This document shows, in pieces, positions 8,733 through 18,851 of a stretch of DNA of 32,634 nt. Origin of the DNA: Spirochaetota bacterium (GTDB lineage Bacteria; Spirochaetota; UBA4802; UBA5550); assembly GCA_050298055.1 (NCBI GenBank), contig JBNKTL010000053.1, positions 1-32,634 of the forward strand. The letters are read 5' to 3'. Below the pieces are notes generated by a model, which was not told where the DNA came from, made no database searches, and saw only the letters and a program-made list of their open reading frames with translations. Both the position numbers and the translations under genes were made by a program. Within the stretch, counting starts at the first letter, position 1; each line of letters starts with the position of its first letter.

Positions 8733-10985
8733 TTATTTTCCCAGGTAGCTTTCGATGGCCGATATCCTGCTCTCCGCAAGCAGCTGCCCGGCAAGATTCT
8801 CCGACCCGGTTATGGTCAGTTCAGACAGGGTCTTCTTGACCCGGGGTATGTAGAGGGCGTCCACACTGAAAGACCGTATCCCCGCCCCCAGCAAAAACGG
8901 GAGATAGAGACTGTTGCTTCCCATATCACCGCAAACGGTGACTTCGATACCCGCCGAAGCCGCGGCATCCGCTATTCTTTTGATTGACCGGAGTACCGCG
9001 GGGTGGTGCTGGATATAGAGATGTTCCACCTTCTCGTTTGTCCTGTCAACGCCCAGGGTATACTGCACAAGGTCGTTGGTCCCTATTGAAAAGAAACCGG
9101 CTTCCCGGGCCAGCTCATCAATGACCATGAGCACAGAGGGAAGCTCCACCATCATGCCTATGGAGGGAGACGTGTTGTGGGGAATATTTTCCCCGTCAAG
9201 GTCCTTCATGCACTGGAACACGATTTCCCGGGAGGTCAAAAACTCATCAACGGAAGATATCATGGGGAACATGATCCTGATATGGGCATCCACCCCCGCC
9301 CTGAGAATGGCCCGGATCTGCTCGATGAATACCTCCCGGTGTGTAAGGGAAAAACGGATAGACCGCATTCCCAGGAAGGGGTTCTGTTCGTTCATCTCAT
9401 CGTAATACGAGAGGACCTTGTCCCCGCCGATATCCAGGGTCCTGAAGGTGATCACCTTCCCTTCCATCATCTCCACCAGCTTCCTGTAGATGAAAAACTG
9501 CTCCTCCTCGGAAGGAAAGTCGCTTCTTATCATAAAGGGAAATTCTGTTCTGTAGAGGCCGATCCCGTCAACTGTATCAGGGCCGGCAATTTTCAGGTCG
9601 GAAAGAAGGTTGACGTTTGTCATAAGATTTATCCTCGTCCCGTCGGCAGTTTTCGCCGGCTGTGCTGCCAGTTCCCTGTTTTCCATGAAATTAAGGTAGG
9701 CCTGGTTGCGCCGGTTAAAGGTGTCCACAATCTCTGGGCCGGGATTTATGTAGATGTTCCCGATCTCACCGTCAAGGAGCACAAGGGCATCTTTCGGCAG
9801 TTTGAGAAACCGGGTATTGTCCGCGATAACAAGGGGTATCTGGAGCGAACGGGCAAGTATGGAGATATGGGAGGTCACCCCGCCGCTGACCAGGATTACC
9901 CCCTTCACCCCTTCCACCGACATCATCAGGAGGTCGGAGGGATAGAGTTCCCGGGCCACGACAATATGGTCTCCGTACCGGTCCTCTTCATTTTCACTTT
10001 TCAAAAGATTACCCAGGACCCTCCTTTCCAGGTCCTCCAGGTCGTTTATCTTCTCCTTGATGATATGGTTGCTGCTGTTTGAGAAGATATTTTTATACTT
10101 GTTGAAGTTCCAGATGGTTGCATCAACGGGGCTCTCGCCGCGCCTGATGAGTTCTTCTATGCCCCCGATGAATCCCCTGTCCTTGAGCATGAGGAGATGA
10201 GAGGAGAAGATCAGTGATGCCGCGTCAGAGAGCTGTTCCTCCACCCTCTGCTGCAGCTGTTCAAGCTGGAGCCCGGTTTTTTCCAGGGCCTCCCGAAAGT
10301 CATCCAGGGTCAACCCCCCGGTTCCTTCGGCGGACTTCAGAAGATCATGATAATCCTCTCTGCCCGCAACAACCGCGGACGCATGGGCAAAACCTGCCGC
10401 GGCCGACTTTCCCTTGAAAAAGGTAAAGTCACTGATGTCACCCGGCTCCTCTTCTCCGGCAACCTGTTCATGGGGCATTGTTATGAGAACATTGATATAT
10501 TCGATCATGGACGCCAGCTGTGACGCGGTTGCCTGGAGCGCCAGCCTGTCGTTCCTCTTAAACGGTTTTTTACCGCTTCTCTGTACAACAAGAACACCGA
10601 TTTTCAGGTTTCCCCTGATAATCGGAACCGCAAGAAAAGATTCATACTTCTCCTCATCGATCCCGGGAACAGGTTTGAAATCAGGGTTACTGCTCGCCTT
10701 GTTCTCATGGATCGCCCTGAGTTCACTCATGGATTTTCCCACAAGGCCCTCTCCCAGGTTCAGTGTCACCGTGTTGACAGATTCCGGCTTCAATCCCACT
10801 GTGGCCTTGAGGGTCAGGGTCCCCCTGATCTCGTTGTACAGGTAGATTGAGCAGACATCGGTATTCATATGGTCGGCAACCAGTTCCACGGTTGACTGGA
10901 GAAAATTCTCAATATTCACAGACTCGGTGAAAAGGCAGTTAAACTCCCCTATATCACAGAGCATCTTTATATGATCGGTAGACAT
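8733..10985 (-). CDS. ptsP: Phosphoenolpyruvate-protein phosphotransferase with N-terminal GAF domain (EI-Ntr type)
   Basis: GAF (DVCSIYL...GEGLVG...FLAVPI), phospho-His motif GGVTSHISILARS, GIGLYRTE, RTLDIGGDK, NPFLG, FFSIGTNDL. Confidence 0.95.
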   Translation of the reverse strand: MSTDHIKMLCDIGEFNCLFTESVNIENFLQSTVELVADHMNTDVCSIYLYNEIRGTLTLKATVGLKPESVNTVTLNLGEGLVGKSMSELRAIHENKASSNPDFKPVPGIDEEKYESFLAVPIIRGNLKIGVLVVQRSGKKPFKRNDRLALQATASQLASMIEYINVLITMPHEQVAGEEEPGDISDFTFFKGKSAAAGFAHASAVVAGREDYHDLLKSAEGTGGLTLDDFREALEKTGLQLEQLQQRVEEQLSDAASLIFSSHLLMLKDRGFIGGIEELIRRGESPVDATIWNFNKYKNIFSNSSNHIIKEKINDLEDLERRVLGNLLKSENEEDRYGDHIVVARELYPSDLLMMSVEGVKGVILVSGGVTSHISILARSLQIPLVIADNTRFLKLPKDALVLLDGEIGNIYINPGPEIVDTFNRRNQAYLNFMENRELAAQPAKTADGTRINLMTNVNLLSDLKIAGPDTVDGIGLYRTEFPFMIRSDFPSEEEQFFIYRKLVEMMEGKVITFRTLDIGGDKVLSYYDEMNEQNPFLGMRSIRFSLTHREVFIEQIRAILRAGVDAHIRIMFPMISSVDEFLTSREIVFQCMKDLDGENIPHNTSPSIGMMVELPSVLMVIDELAREAGFFSIGTNDLVQYTLGVDRTNEKVEHLYIQHHPAVLRSIKRIADAAASAGIEVTVCGDMGSNSLYLPFLLGAGIRSFSVDALYIPRVKKTLSELTITGSENLAGQLLAESRISAIESYLGK

Positions 10986-10987
10986 TT

Positions 10988-11848
10988 CTATATTACCCTG
11001 ATTTTATTTTCTCTTGCTGTTTTAAGTTTATCGTAAAGTTCCGGAGGTATCAGCATATCTTCACTGTAGTGCCCTATCTCCTCTCTCTTGTCACCGTGGA
11101 AGTCGCTCCCCCCCGAGACAAGCAGACTGTACTTATCGGCAAGACGGAGAAACATCCCGATCTCCTCCTGAGTATGCATAGTGGAATATGCCTCTATCCC
11201 CCTGACACCCCTGTCAACGAACTCCCTGAGGGTCCTTTCAAATTCATCGGGACCGTTACAGTTAAGACTCACCGGATGGGCGATCACAGGGATTCCCCCG
11301 GAGTTTACTATAAGCGATACGGCTTTTTCAAGCTTTATTTTTTCCTTGGGAACGTAGCCGGGTTTCCCTTTGATCATGAAATTGGCAAAGACCTCGCCCA
11401 TGTCCCCTGCGTAACCGTTCTTAATGAGTATCCGCGCGATATGGGGCCTTCCAATGGCGCCTTCAGGGCTCAGGGACTCAACGTCCCTAAAGCTGATATT
11501 GAAACCCTGCTCATTGAGGTCACGGACGATCTTCTCCGCCCTCCCCTCCCTTACGGCACTCAGCCTTTTGCACTCCGCGGAGAGTTCACTGTTCCTCTGA
11601 TCGATGTCCAGGCCCAAGAGGTGGAAGGAACCGCCGGTATAGTCAACACTGAATTCAATCCCCCGGATGAGTTCCAGCTCCTTTCCCGCGGAATATTCAA
11701 CGGCCTCCGCCAGGCCGTCAATGGTATCATGATCGGTAATGGCCAGCGCAATAAGATCCTCTTTCAGCGCCATGTCAATTAGCTCTGAAGGTGTATAGAT
11801 GCCGTCGGATGCCGTGGTATGTGTGTGAAAGTCAATTTTTTTATTCAT
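10988..11848 (-). CDS. PHP-domain metal-dependent phosphoesterase (YciV/TrpH-like)
   Basis: DFHTHTTASDG, AITDHDT, GIEFS, GRPHIA, AHP, GGSDFHG. Confidence 0.92.
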   Translation of the reverse strand: MNKKIDFHTHTTASDGIYTPSELIDMALKEDLIALAITDHDTIDGLAEAVEYSAGKELELIRGIEFSVDYTGGSFHLLGLDIDQRNSELSAECKRLSAVREGRAEKIVRDLNEQGFNISFRDVESLSPEGAIGRPHIARILIKNGYAGDMGEVFANFMIKGKPGYVPKEKIKLEKAVSLIVNSGGIPVIAHPVSLNCNGPDEFERTLREFVDRGVRGIEAYSTMHTQEEIGMFLRLADKYSLLVSGGSDFHGDKREEIGHYSEDMLIPPELYDKLKTARENKIRVI

Positions 11849-12031
11849 TACTTTTCCTTATCTATCACGTGGTATCTGACAGATTATTCCCATTTAGTTT
11901 CAGGTAAGCATTCTAAATCAAGGATAAAATGACCTGCACCTCTATTTTTCATAAAAAATCCTTTACTAAAATAACATCTTCATTTTGATTTGTCATTTAT
12001 TAAAATCACCAACAGAAGATCAGGAGAGTCT

Positions 12032-12985
12032 ATGTACGCAGGTATCGATATAGGCGGAACAAATATAAAAGGAGTCCTTGCGGACAGCACGGGGAAAATC
12101 CTCAGCGAACGTTCAACCATAACACCGGGGACAAAAAAAGAGATAGATAAAGAGATAGGATCGCTTATCGAGAACCTTGCCACATCAGCATCAATCTCAA
12201 AAATTGATATAAAAGCAATAGGGATAGGAGCAGCCGGTTCAATTGACAGGAACAAGGGAATTGTCATATCCAGCCCCAACATATCCGCATGGAAGAAATA
12301 TCCCCTGGCAAAGAACATTGAAAAGCTTACCGGGGCAAAGGTCTTTCTTGAGAACGATGCGACCGTTGCTCTCATTGGTGGGTGGTGGAAGGGGCATGGT
12401 AGCCGGTTCAAAAACTGGATCATGCTTACACTGGGGACCGGTATCGGCGGTGGAGTGATAATCGACAACAGGATATATACCGGCCAGAGCGGCAGCGCCA
12501 TGGAAGTGGGGCATATGAGCATCGACTATAACGGAAAACTCTGTAAATGTGGAAGAAAGGGATGCCTGGAGCAGTATGCTTCCGCGACGGCACTGGTTGA
12601 CTATGTTCAGGAAAACCTTACATCTCATAAAGGATCTTCCCTGAATAAAAATACCGGTGAAGAACTCTCCGCCAAGCTGATATTTGAAGAGGCCCAGAAC
12701 GGCGATGAACTTGCAGTGGAAGCCATAGAAAAGGTCGCCTACTACCTGGGCATAGGCGTGTCCAACCTTGTGAATATATTCAACCCCGAGGCAATTATTT
12801 TCGGCGGGGGACTCTCCCTGGCCCATAAAATGATTATCCCCATTGTGAAAAAAGTCGTTGATGAGATTTCACTTCCCGGCCTCAAGGAGAATGTCAAATA
12901 CCTTCCCATAAAGGACCAGTCTATCATACCTGCCCTGGGAGCAGTAAAAATGGCCATCGATTCCATGAATGCCATAAACAATTAA
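12032..12985 (+). CDS. ROK family sugar kinase (glucokinase-like)
   Basis: GIDIGGT, ENDA, TLGTGIGGG, EVGH, CKCGRKGCLE; ATG at 12032 preceded by AGGAG. Confidence 0.92.
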   Translation: MYAGIDIGGTNIKGVLADSTGKILSERSTITPGTKKEIDKEIGSLIENLATSASISKIDIKAIGIGAAGSIDRNKGIVISSPNISAWKKYPLAKNIEKLTGAKVFLENDATVALIGGWWKGHGSRFKNWIMLTLGTGIGGGVIIDNRIYTGQSGSAMEVGHMSIDYNGKLCKCGRKGCLEQYASATALVDYVQENLTSHKGSSLNKNTGEELSAKLIFEEAQNGDELAVEAIEKVAYYLGIGVSNLVNIFNPEAIIFGGGLSLAHKMIIPIVKKVVDEISLPGLKENVKYLPIKDQSIIPALGAVKMAIDSMNAINN

Positions 12986-13070
12986 GCAGTTTTCCTTGAC
13001 ATTTTCTCCTCTTTGAAAATTTATTACTCAATATCTAATGTAAAAACCTGAACTTGATATTTATTTAGCT

Positions 13071-13208
13071 TAATTACTTTAATATGTGAATAAAATTATG
13101 TATTTCCTAAAATAGCAACACTATGTCCCCGCCGCCTTCGGCGGCGGGGACATAGAATTTATTTTTTTTATTGAATATGTTTATTCTTACTAAAAGCTTG
13201 AGTAGATA
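13071..13208 (-). mobile_element. MITE-like AT-rich element with central GC hairpin, copy 1 (inverted relative to copies 2 and 3)
   Basis: Perfect 16 bp stem CTATGTCCCCGCCGCC-ttc-GGCGGCGGGGACATAG at 13121-13155; reverse complement of the flanks aligns by eye with 22297-22436; boundaries approximate. Confidence 0.7.
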
Positions 13209-13262
13209 CAGTTTATTAAAAAATAATTTCTCTACTGAATATATTTCATCCTGGATTACAAA

Positions 13263-14294
13263 ATGAAAGACCAACTTACATCAATCAGGGACAGTGCACT
13301 TGGCGCATTGAAAGAAGCAACCGGCATAAAGGAGCTGGAGGATGTCCGTATCAGGTTCCTGGGCAGAAAGGGGGAACTCACGAAAATACTCAGGTCACTG
13401 GGAGAATTGTCCCCCGAAGAGCGCGGTAAGATAGGAAAGCTCTCCAATCAGTACAAGCAGGAGATAGAGACCGCCATTGACCGGAAGAAGGATGAACTCA
13501 GCTCCTCCGGTATGGATAAACTTCTCAGCGAAGAGTGGATAGACGTCACGCTTGATATGCCCAGGACGCTGCCGGGCAAAAGAAGGGGCTACCTTCACCC
13601 CCTGGCGCAGGTCCAGTACAGCATGGAGGACATCCTCACATCAATGGGTTTCCGGATACTTGACGGACCCGAGGTGGAAACAGACTACTACAACTTTGAG
13701 GCCCTGAACATCCCTCCCCACCACCCGGCACGGGACCTGCAGGACACCTTCTGGACAGAGGACAACAACCTCCTGAGGACACACACCTCTGCCATACAGA
13801 TCAGGGGAATGGAGAAGCTGGAGCCCCCCTTCAGAATTGCCGCGCCGGGACGGGTATTCAGATACGAGGCAACCGATGCCTCCCACGAACATACCTTCTA
13901 CCAGTTCGAGGGGATGATGGTTGACAGGGAGATAAGCGTCTCCAACCTGATATTTATCATGGAGGAGGTCCTCTCCGCCCTCTTCAAGAGAGATGTCAAG
14001 GTGAGGCTCCGTCCCGCGTACTATCCCTTTGTTGAACCCGGTTTTGACCTTGACTTTAACTGCATGATATGCGGCGGCAAAGGATGCAGGGTCTGCAAGC
14101 AGACAGGATGGATCGAATTTCTCGGCTGTGGTCTTGTTCACCCCAATGTCCTCCGTTACGGCAATATCGATCCCGACAAATGGTCCGGGTTTGCCTTCGG
14201 TATGGGGATCAACAGGCTGGTCATGATGATCTACGGCATTAACGATATCCGCCACTTTATGAGCGGAGACCTGCGCTTTCTTCATCAATTCTAA
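13263..14294 (+). CDS. pheS: Phenylalanine--tRNA ligase alpha subunit
   Basis: FLGRKG, NFEALN, HPARDLQDTF, LLRTHTS, PGRVFR, YPFVEP, GFAFGMG. Confidence 0.98.
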   Translation: MKDQLTSIRDSALGALKEATGIKELEDVRIRFLGRKGELTKILRSLGELSPEERGKIGKLSNQYKQEIETAIDRKKDELSSSGMDKLLSEEWIDVTLDMPRTLPGKRRGYLHPLAQVQYSMEDILTSMGFRILDGPEVETDYYNFEALNIPPHHPARDLQDTFWTEDNNLLRTHTSAIQIRGMEKLEPPFRIAAPGRVFRYEATDASHEHTFYQFEGMMVDREISVSNLIFIMEEVLSALFKRDVKVRLRPAYYPFVEPGFDLDFNCMICGGKGCRVCKQTGWIEFLGCGLVHPNVLRYGNIDPDKWSGFAFGMGINRLVMMIYGINDIRHFMSGDLRFLHQF

Positions 14295-14321
14295 TCTGAG
14301 ATCGAAAACTGGAGTTATACT

Positions 14322-16718
14322 ATGTGGCTTTCACTTAATTTACTATCAAGAATGGTTGACACCGACGGGATCACTCCCGAAGAGATCGCCCACCGGCTCA
14401 CCATGTCCACCGCTGAGATCGAATCCATCGACTATATGAACAGCCATTTCAGGACAATCTATTCGGCAAAGATCCTCGATGTTACAAAGCACCCTGACGC
14501 CGATAAGCTGACCCTGGTTGACCTGGACACCGGTAAAGAAAAATACCGTGTGGTCTGCGGCGCTTCCAACCATAAAAAGGGGGACACGGTTGCCCTTGCA
14601 ACGGCAGGGACCCGGTTCAGCGAAGAGTTTGAAATAAAGAAGACCAAAATACGGGGAGAGGAGTCCTCGGGAATGCTCTGCTCCGAGAAGGAGCTGGGGC
14701 TCTCCGAAGACCACTCCGGGATCATGATATTACCGAAAGATACAGAATTAGGTGTCCCCCTGAGCGAGCTCTTCCCCCACTGGGTCGACGCGCGGTTTGA
14801 GATTGACAACAAGTCCATAACCCACAGGCCCGATCTCTGGAGCCACCACGGATTTGCCCGGGAGATTGGGGCCCTCTTTAACAGGGAGGTAAAGAACCCT
14901 GTGAATTATACTCTGAAAGAAAAACTGGGAAGCGGCAAAAACATAAAGGTAATAATCGAATCCCCCGAAGGATGCTCCCGCTACAGCGGACTAGTGGTAA
15001 AGAACATAAAGATCGGGGAGTCACCCGGCTGGCTGAAGGCCATGGTCACATCCATCGGGATGAGGCCCATTAACAACATTGTGGACATTACCAACTATGT
15101 CATGGTGGAGGTGGGCGAACCCATGCACGCCTTCGACAGGAAAAAACTCAACGGCGATACCATCATTGTGCGAATGGCCGGCAACGGTGAATGGCTCGAG
15201 ACCCTTGACGGCGGGAAGCATGAACTCTGCGAACAGGACGTTGTTATCGCCGACAGCAAAGGCGCTGTTGCCCTTGCGGGGGTCATGGGCGGGGGAAACA
15301 GTGAAATCGAGGAGAGCACCGATACGATTGTTCTGGAAGCCGCCAATTTCAACCCCGTATCCATAAGGCGAAGTTCCGTGAGGTACGGCCTCCGCACCGA
15401 GGCCTCCATGAGGTTTGAGAAGTCCCTCTCTCCCGGACTCACCGAAGCGGCGCTTCTCCGCTGCTATGAACTGATAAAGGAGATCATACCCGAAGCGGAA
15501 GCGGTCACACCCATTGCAGACGCGTACCCGGTCAAACAGGAAGACATTGAAATTTATACCTCAACAGATTTCATCAGGAGAAAGCTGGGCATAGAGATAT
15601 CGGACAGCGAGATAACAGGGACCCTCACCTCCCTCGGTTTCGATCTGAACATGACCGGAAATGAGATGGCCATATCAGTCCCCCCCTACAGGGCAACCAA
15701 GGACATCTCCATCCCGGCTGATATCGTGGAAGAGGTGGGCCGGATATACGGGTTCGACAATATCAAATCAACCGCCCCGCTGGTACCCTGTACTACACCG
15801 GAAAAGAACACGCACCGGGATTTTGAACGAAAGGTCAAGGAGATACTCTGCTCCGACTGCTGCATGTCGGAGATCTTCGGATATTCCTTCACCGGTGAGG
15901 ATGTCCTGAACCGCCTGGGGATAAACACCGGCCTGGAACTCACACTGAAAAATCCCCTTACAAAAGACCAGGACAGGCTGAGGCGGAGTCTCGTACCGAA
16001 CATCATTCAGAACATCCGGCTCAACCAGAAATTCCAGGATGAGTTCTCCACCTGCGAACTGGGAAAGGTCTACCTTAAGAAGAAAAAAGACTTATCCGAT
16101 CTCCCGGTGGAGAGGATGAAAGTGGCAGGGACCGTCTTTCAGAAAGTTCCCGGTTACCCGGTCTTCTACGATGCCAAGAACATCATAAATATCCTGGCTG
16201 ACAGGCTCATGCTTAAGTCTGTAAAGCTCATACCGGCAAACAGCGGACTTCCCTCCTACTGCCACCCGGGAAGAAGCATGCGGATAGAGATAGACGGAAA
16301 GGAAGCGGGCATGATTTTTGAGCTGCATCCGAAAACAAAAGATGATTTCGACATACACGGCTCCGCCGCCCTCTTTGAGATTGATATGGATGCGTGCTTT
16401 GAAGGGGAAAAACGCCCGGTAAAATTTACCGAGCTCCAGAAATTCCCCGAGGTCCCCTTTGAGGTTTCGGTGATCACCGACAGGTTTGTCTACTCTTCGG
16501 ATATCTGTGATGTGGTCAGGGAGAGCTACAAGGATAATGTGAGGAGCGTTGATGTGATCACGATCTATGAAGGAGACCCCATACCCAGGGAGAAGAAGTC
16601 TGTTTCGCTGAAGGTTGTTCTCCACTCCCGGGAAAAGACCCTCTCCCCCGAAGAGATTGAAACCATGCAGAAAAAGATCATTAAGAACCTGAGTAAGGCG
16701 GGTTATACCCTGAGATAA
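14322..16718 (+). CDS. pheT: Phenylalanine--tRNA ligase beta subunit
   Basis: HPDADKL, VVCGA, GMLCSEKELG, HRPDL, INNIVDITNY, ALAGVMGG, DIVEEVGRIYG, HPGRS; directly follows pheS. Confidence 0.98.
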   Translation: MWLSLNLLSRMVDTDGITPEEIAHRLTMSTAEIESIDYMNSHFRTIYSAKILDVTKHPDADKLTLVDLDTGKEKYRVVCGASNHKKGDTVALATAGTRFSEEFEIKKTKIRGEESSGMLCSEKELGLSEDHSGIMILPKDTELGVPLSELFPHWVDARFEIDNKSITHRPDLWSHHGFAREIGALFNREVKNPVNYTLKEKLGSGKNIKVIIESPEGCSRYSGLVVKNIKIGESPGWLKAMVTSIGMRPINNIVDITNYVMVEVGEPMHAFDRKKLNGDTIIVRMAGNGEWLETLDGGKHELCEQDVVIADSKGAVALAGVMGGGNSEIEESTDTIVLEAANFNPVSIRRSSVRYGLRTEASMRFEKSLSPGLTEAALLRCYELIKEIIPEAEAVTPIADAYPVKQEDIEIYTSTDFIRRKLGIEISDSEITGTLTSLGFDLNMTGNEMAISVPPYRATKDISIPADIVEEVGRIYGFDNIKSTAPLVPCTTPEKNTHRDFERKVKEILCSDCCMSEIFGYSFTGEDVLNRLGINTGLELTLKNPLTKDQDRLRRSLVPNIIQNIRLNQKFQDEFSTCELGKVYLKKKKDLSDLPVERMKVAGTVFQKVPGYPVFYDAKNIINILADRLMLKSVKLIPANSGLPSYCHPGRSMRIEIDGKEAGMIFELHPKTKDDFDIHGSAALFEIDMDACFEGEKRPVKFTELQKFPEVPFEVSVITDRFVYSSDICDVVRESYKDNVRSVDVITIYEGDPIPREKKSVSLKVVLHSREKTLSPEEIETMQKKIIKNLSKAGYTLR

Positions 16719-17243
16719 TCACTCCTTCTCTTCAAGGAGCTCCAGGTAGGACCTCCTCTCGAAGTTCCCGAGACCAAGCCTGGCCGCGAATTCCAGGAGT
16801 TCATCTTCTATCTCACCCGCAGGGGAACCTATCTTCTCGATCTCAACAAATCCTCCCAGGCCTTCAACAATATCAATGCAAACGCTGATATCATTGTACC
16901 TGTAGGTGTCCCTGCTCTTTTTCACCTCACGGACAGGGATGAAACCCAGGTGGATAAGTATCTCATGCATCTTCTCAGAGTCTGAGATCTTAAGCTCTTC
17001 TTCAACCCGGATCTTCGCCTTTCCCGGCTGCCTGGGCCCCTTGTAGGTGAGCAGGGTCTCATCCCCTCTCCTGCGTATTCTGAAGGCCTCATCAGTTTCC
17101 CTGAAATTTCTCGAAGGATGGTTAAAGTAGATGTCCCTCTCGTCATTTCTCCTCACGAACTTACCACCCAGGGATATGATCCTGGTAATAACAGAGAGGT
17201 GGTCGCTGCAGGGCGCCTTTATCTCAATTTCCAACTCTTTCAA
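16719..17243 (-). CDS. cyaB: CYTH-domain protein, class IV adenylate cyclase-like
   Basis: N-terminal EIEIK (ExExK), DIYF, RIR, LTYKGP, VKKSR, GLGGFVEIE, C-terminal SYLELL. Confidence 0.85.
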   Translation of the reverse strand: MKELEIEIKAPCSDHLSVITRIISLGGKFVRRNDERDIYFNHPSRNFRETDEAFRIRRRGDETLLTYKGPRQPGKAKIRVEEELKISDSEKMHEILIHLGFIPVREVKKSRDTYRYNDISVCIDIVEGLGGFVEIEKIGSPAGEIEDELLEFAARLGLGNFERRSYLELLEEKE

Positions 17244-18016
17244 TTGACCCTCCGCTGAAGAGGGCCGCTTATTGAAAAACCGTCACTCCCAAGGGTGCGC
17301 CGTGTTCTGCCGTTGATCTTTATAATGACACTGTCAACATCATCAAACTGTGTGGCCGTATAAACGATCTGGTCAATCCTGTTGAGGAGGATATTCCCGG
17401 CTGCCCCCCACTGAAGGGATGAGTTGAAGTCCAGTTCGGCAGTCCGGTTTCGCATCCGGACATTATGAAGTTTCAGCTCCCGGGGGACCGCAGTGAGAAA
17501 TCCCCTCCTCTCTTCATGGGGAGTGAGCCCCTTTATCAGCTCCTTCAGCGCGGCCTCAACCGGTTTTCTGCCGTCTATGCTTCTCTTTACAGGGGTAAGA
17601 TAGCTTTTTTCGGTCCTTTCGTTAAATTTCACAAAGTAGATCCGCGCATTTCTCATCTTTGCGGTTTTCTCGCTCTCACCCCTTTTCTCCTCATCTTCTT
17701 TCTGCCCGTGAATTGTTTCCGTCCCGTGAGGTTTTCCCCCGGAGATATTTTTCTCACTGCCCCTTCGGGATTGAGAAGACCTTTTCCCGTCCCGGAAGTA
17801 GAGATTATTCGCCAGGAAAACGATCACAGTAAGAAGGACCATTATTGTCAGCACATACGCCGGACTGAAAGTTGACTGCCGCGGGGTATTTCGGTTCCGG
17901 GTCTTATTTGCCGCGGGGTTTTTCTTAGTAACTGTTTTCGCGGCCCGGGTTTTCTTCACAGGTGTTTTTTTTGCTGCAGTTTTCTTTTTAGCTGCCGGTT
18001 TCTTTTTTTCTGTCAT
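17240..18016 (-). CDS. Membrane-anchored GerMN-domain protein with Lys/Ala-rich N-terminal tail
   Basis: Basic N-terminus, one TM helix, then IYFV..., ALKELIKG, QIVYTATQFDDVDSVIIKING; 4 bp overlap with the CYTH gene. Confidence 0.85.
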   Translation of the reverse strand: MTEKKKPAAKKKTAAKKTPVKKTRAAKTVTKKNPAANKTRNRNTPRQSTFSPAYVLTIMVLLTVIVFLANNLYFRDGKRSSQSRRGSEKNISGGKPHGTETIHGQKEDEEKRGESEKTAKMRNARIYFVKFNERTEKSYLTPVKRSIDGRKPVEAALKELIKGLTPHEERRGFLTAVPRELKLHNVRMRNRTAELDFNSSLQWGAAGNILLNRIDQIVYTATQFDDVDSVIIKINGRTRRTLGSDGFSISGPLQRRVN

Positions 18017-18099
18017 GTCTTTATCCGTAATGATATTTCTTAATCATTTGATTTTTCATATTTTGAGTATATTCCTTAATAAGTATTTCGGCTTTTTCA

Positions 18100-18230
18100 C
18101 ACATAAATATATCCATTAATTGGTATTCATTAAAAAAGATAACTGGCATGTCCCCCTCCGCCCAAGGCGGCGGGGACACATTGCTGATGTTTTCGCAATA
18201 CATTGATTTCACTTATTGCTGAGTAGTAAT
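18100..18230 (+). mobile_element. MITE-like element with central GC hairpin, copy 2
   Basis: TGTCCCCctCCGCC-caa-GGCGGcGGGGACA at 18149-18178; right end CTGAGTAGTAAT is the exact complement of the left end of copy 3; left boundary degenerate. Confidence 0.7.
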
Positions 18231-18246
18231 GATCTTTAATATATAC

Positions 18247-18275
18247 TTGACAATTAATACCATAAGTATTACTTT
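18247..18275 (+). promoter_or_regulatory. Toxin-antitoxin promoter with operator palindrome
   Basis: TTGACA-N17-TACTTT; TAATAC-cataa-GTATTA palindrome at 18255-18271. Confidence 0.7.
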
Positions 18276-18281
18276 AGTAGT

Positions 18282-18512
18282 ATGAAAGTAAAGACATCTA
18301 TAACACTATCCGATTCTGTCATACATGAAATTGATAATATCATTAGCTCAAAAGGTAACAGATCAATTTTTATTGAGAAAGCAATCATCTATTATCTTGA
18401 AAAGAGAAAAAAGGATGAAAGAAATAAAAAAGACCTGGAAATAATAAACAAAACAGCTGATAAATTAAATAAAGAAGCCGAGGATATTCTCTCCTACCAG
18501 GTTGAATTGTGA
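18282..18512 (+). CDS. Ribbon-helix-helix antitoxin
   Basis: KVKTSITL beta-strand, then helix and [10 protein letters not shown]; 4 bp overlap with the downstream toxin. Confidence 0.85.
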   Translation: MKVKTSITLSDSVIHEIDNIISSKGNRSIFIEKAIIYYLEKRKKDERNKKDLEIINKTADKLNKEAEDILSYQVEL

Positions 18513-18835
18513 AAAGAGGTGAATTATACAGAGTTTATAAAGCCTCAAAAATTGACCCGAAAAAATACCGCGTTTTTGCTGTTGTCAGCAGACAAACATT
18601 AATCGATTCGAAGTTTTCTACAGTAATTTGTGCTCCAATTTACAGCAGCTATAGTGAAATCTCAACACAAGTCCCCGTCGGAGTTGATGACGGATTAAAA
18701 CATAACAGCTGCATTTACTGCGATGAATTAATCAGTATTCCGAAATCAGCATTGACAGATTACATCGGATCACTTTCGGAAGAAAAAATGAAGATACTGG
18801 ACTCTGCTTTAAAGGTATCTCTGGATGTAGAATAA
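18509..18835 (+). CDS. mazF: PemK/MazF family endoribonuclease toxin
   Basis: [40 protein letters not shown]. Confidence 0.9.
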   Translation: MKRGELYRVYKASKIDPKKYRVFAVVSRQTLIDSKFSTVICAPIYSSYSEISTQVPVGVDDGLKHNSCIYCDELISIPKSALTDYIGSLSEEKMKILDSALKVSLDVE

Positions 18836-18851
18836 ATTCAGAAAATCGGAT

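Noticed and set aside
13121..13155. Strong hairpin upstream of pheS as a T-box, attenuator or terminator
   Set aside because: No T-box consensus or Phe-rich leader peptide is visible, and the same hairpin with its flanks recurs at 18149 and 22349, so it is a dispersed repeat
18021..18212. 63 aa minus-strand ORF upstream of the GerMN gene
   Set aside because: Overlaps the MITE-like repeat, has no RBS or motif, and is probably spurious
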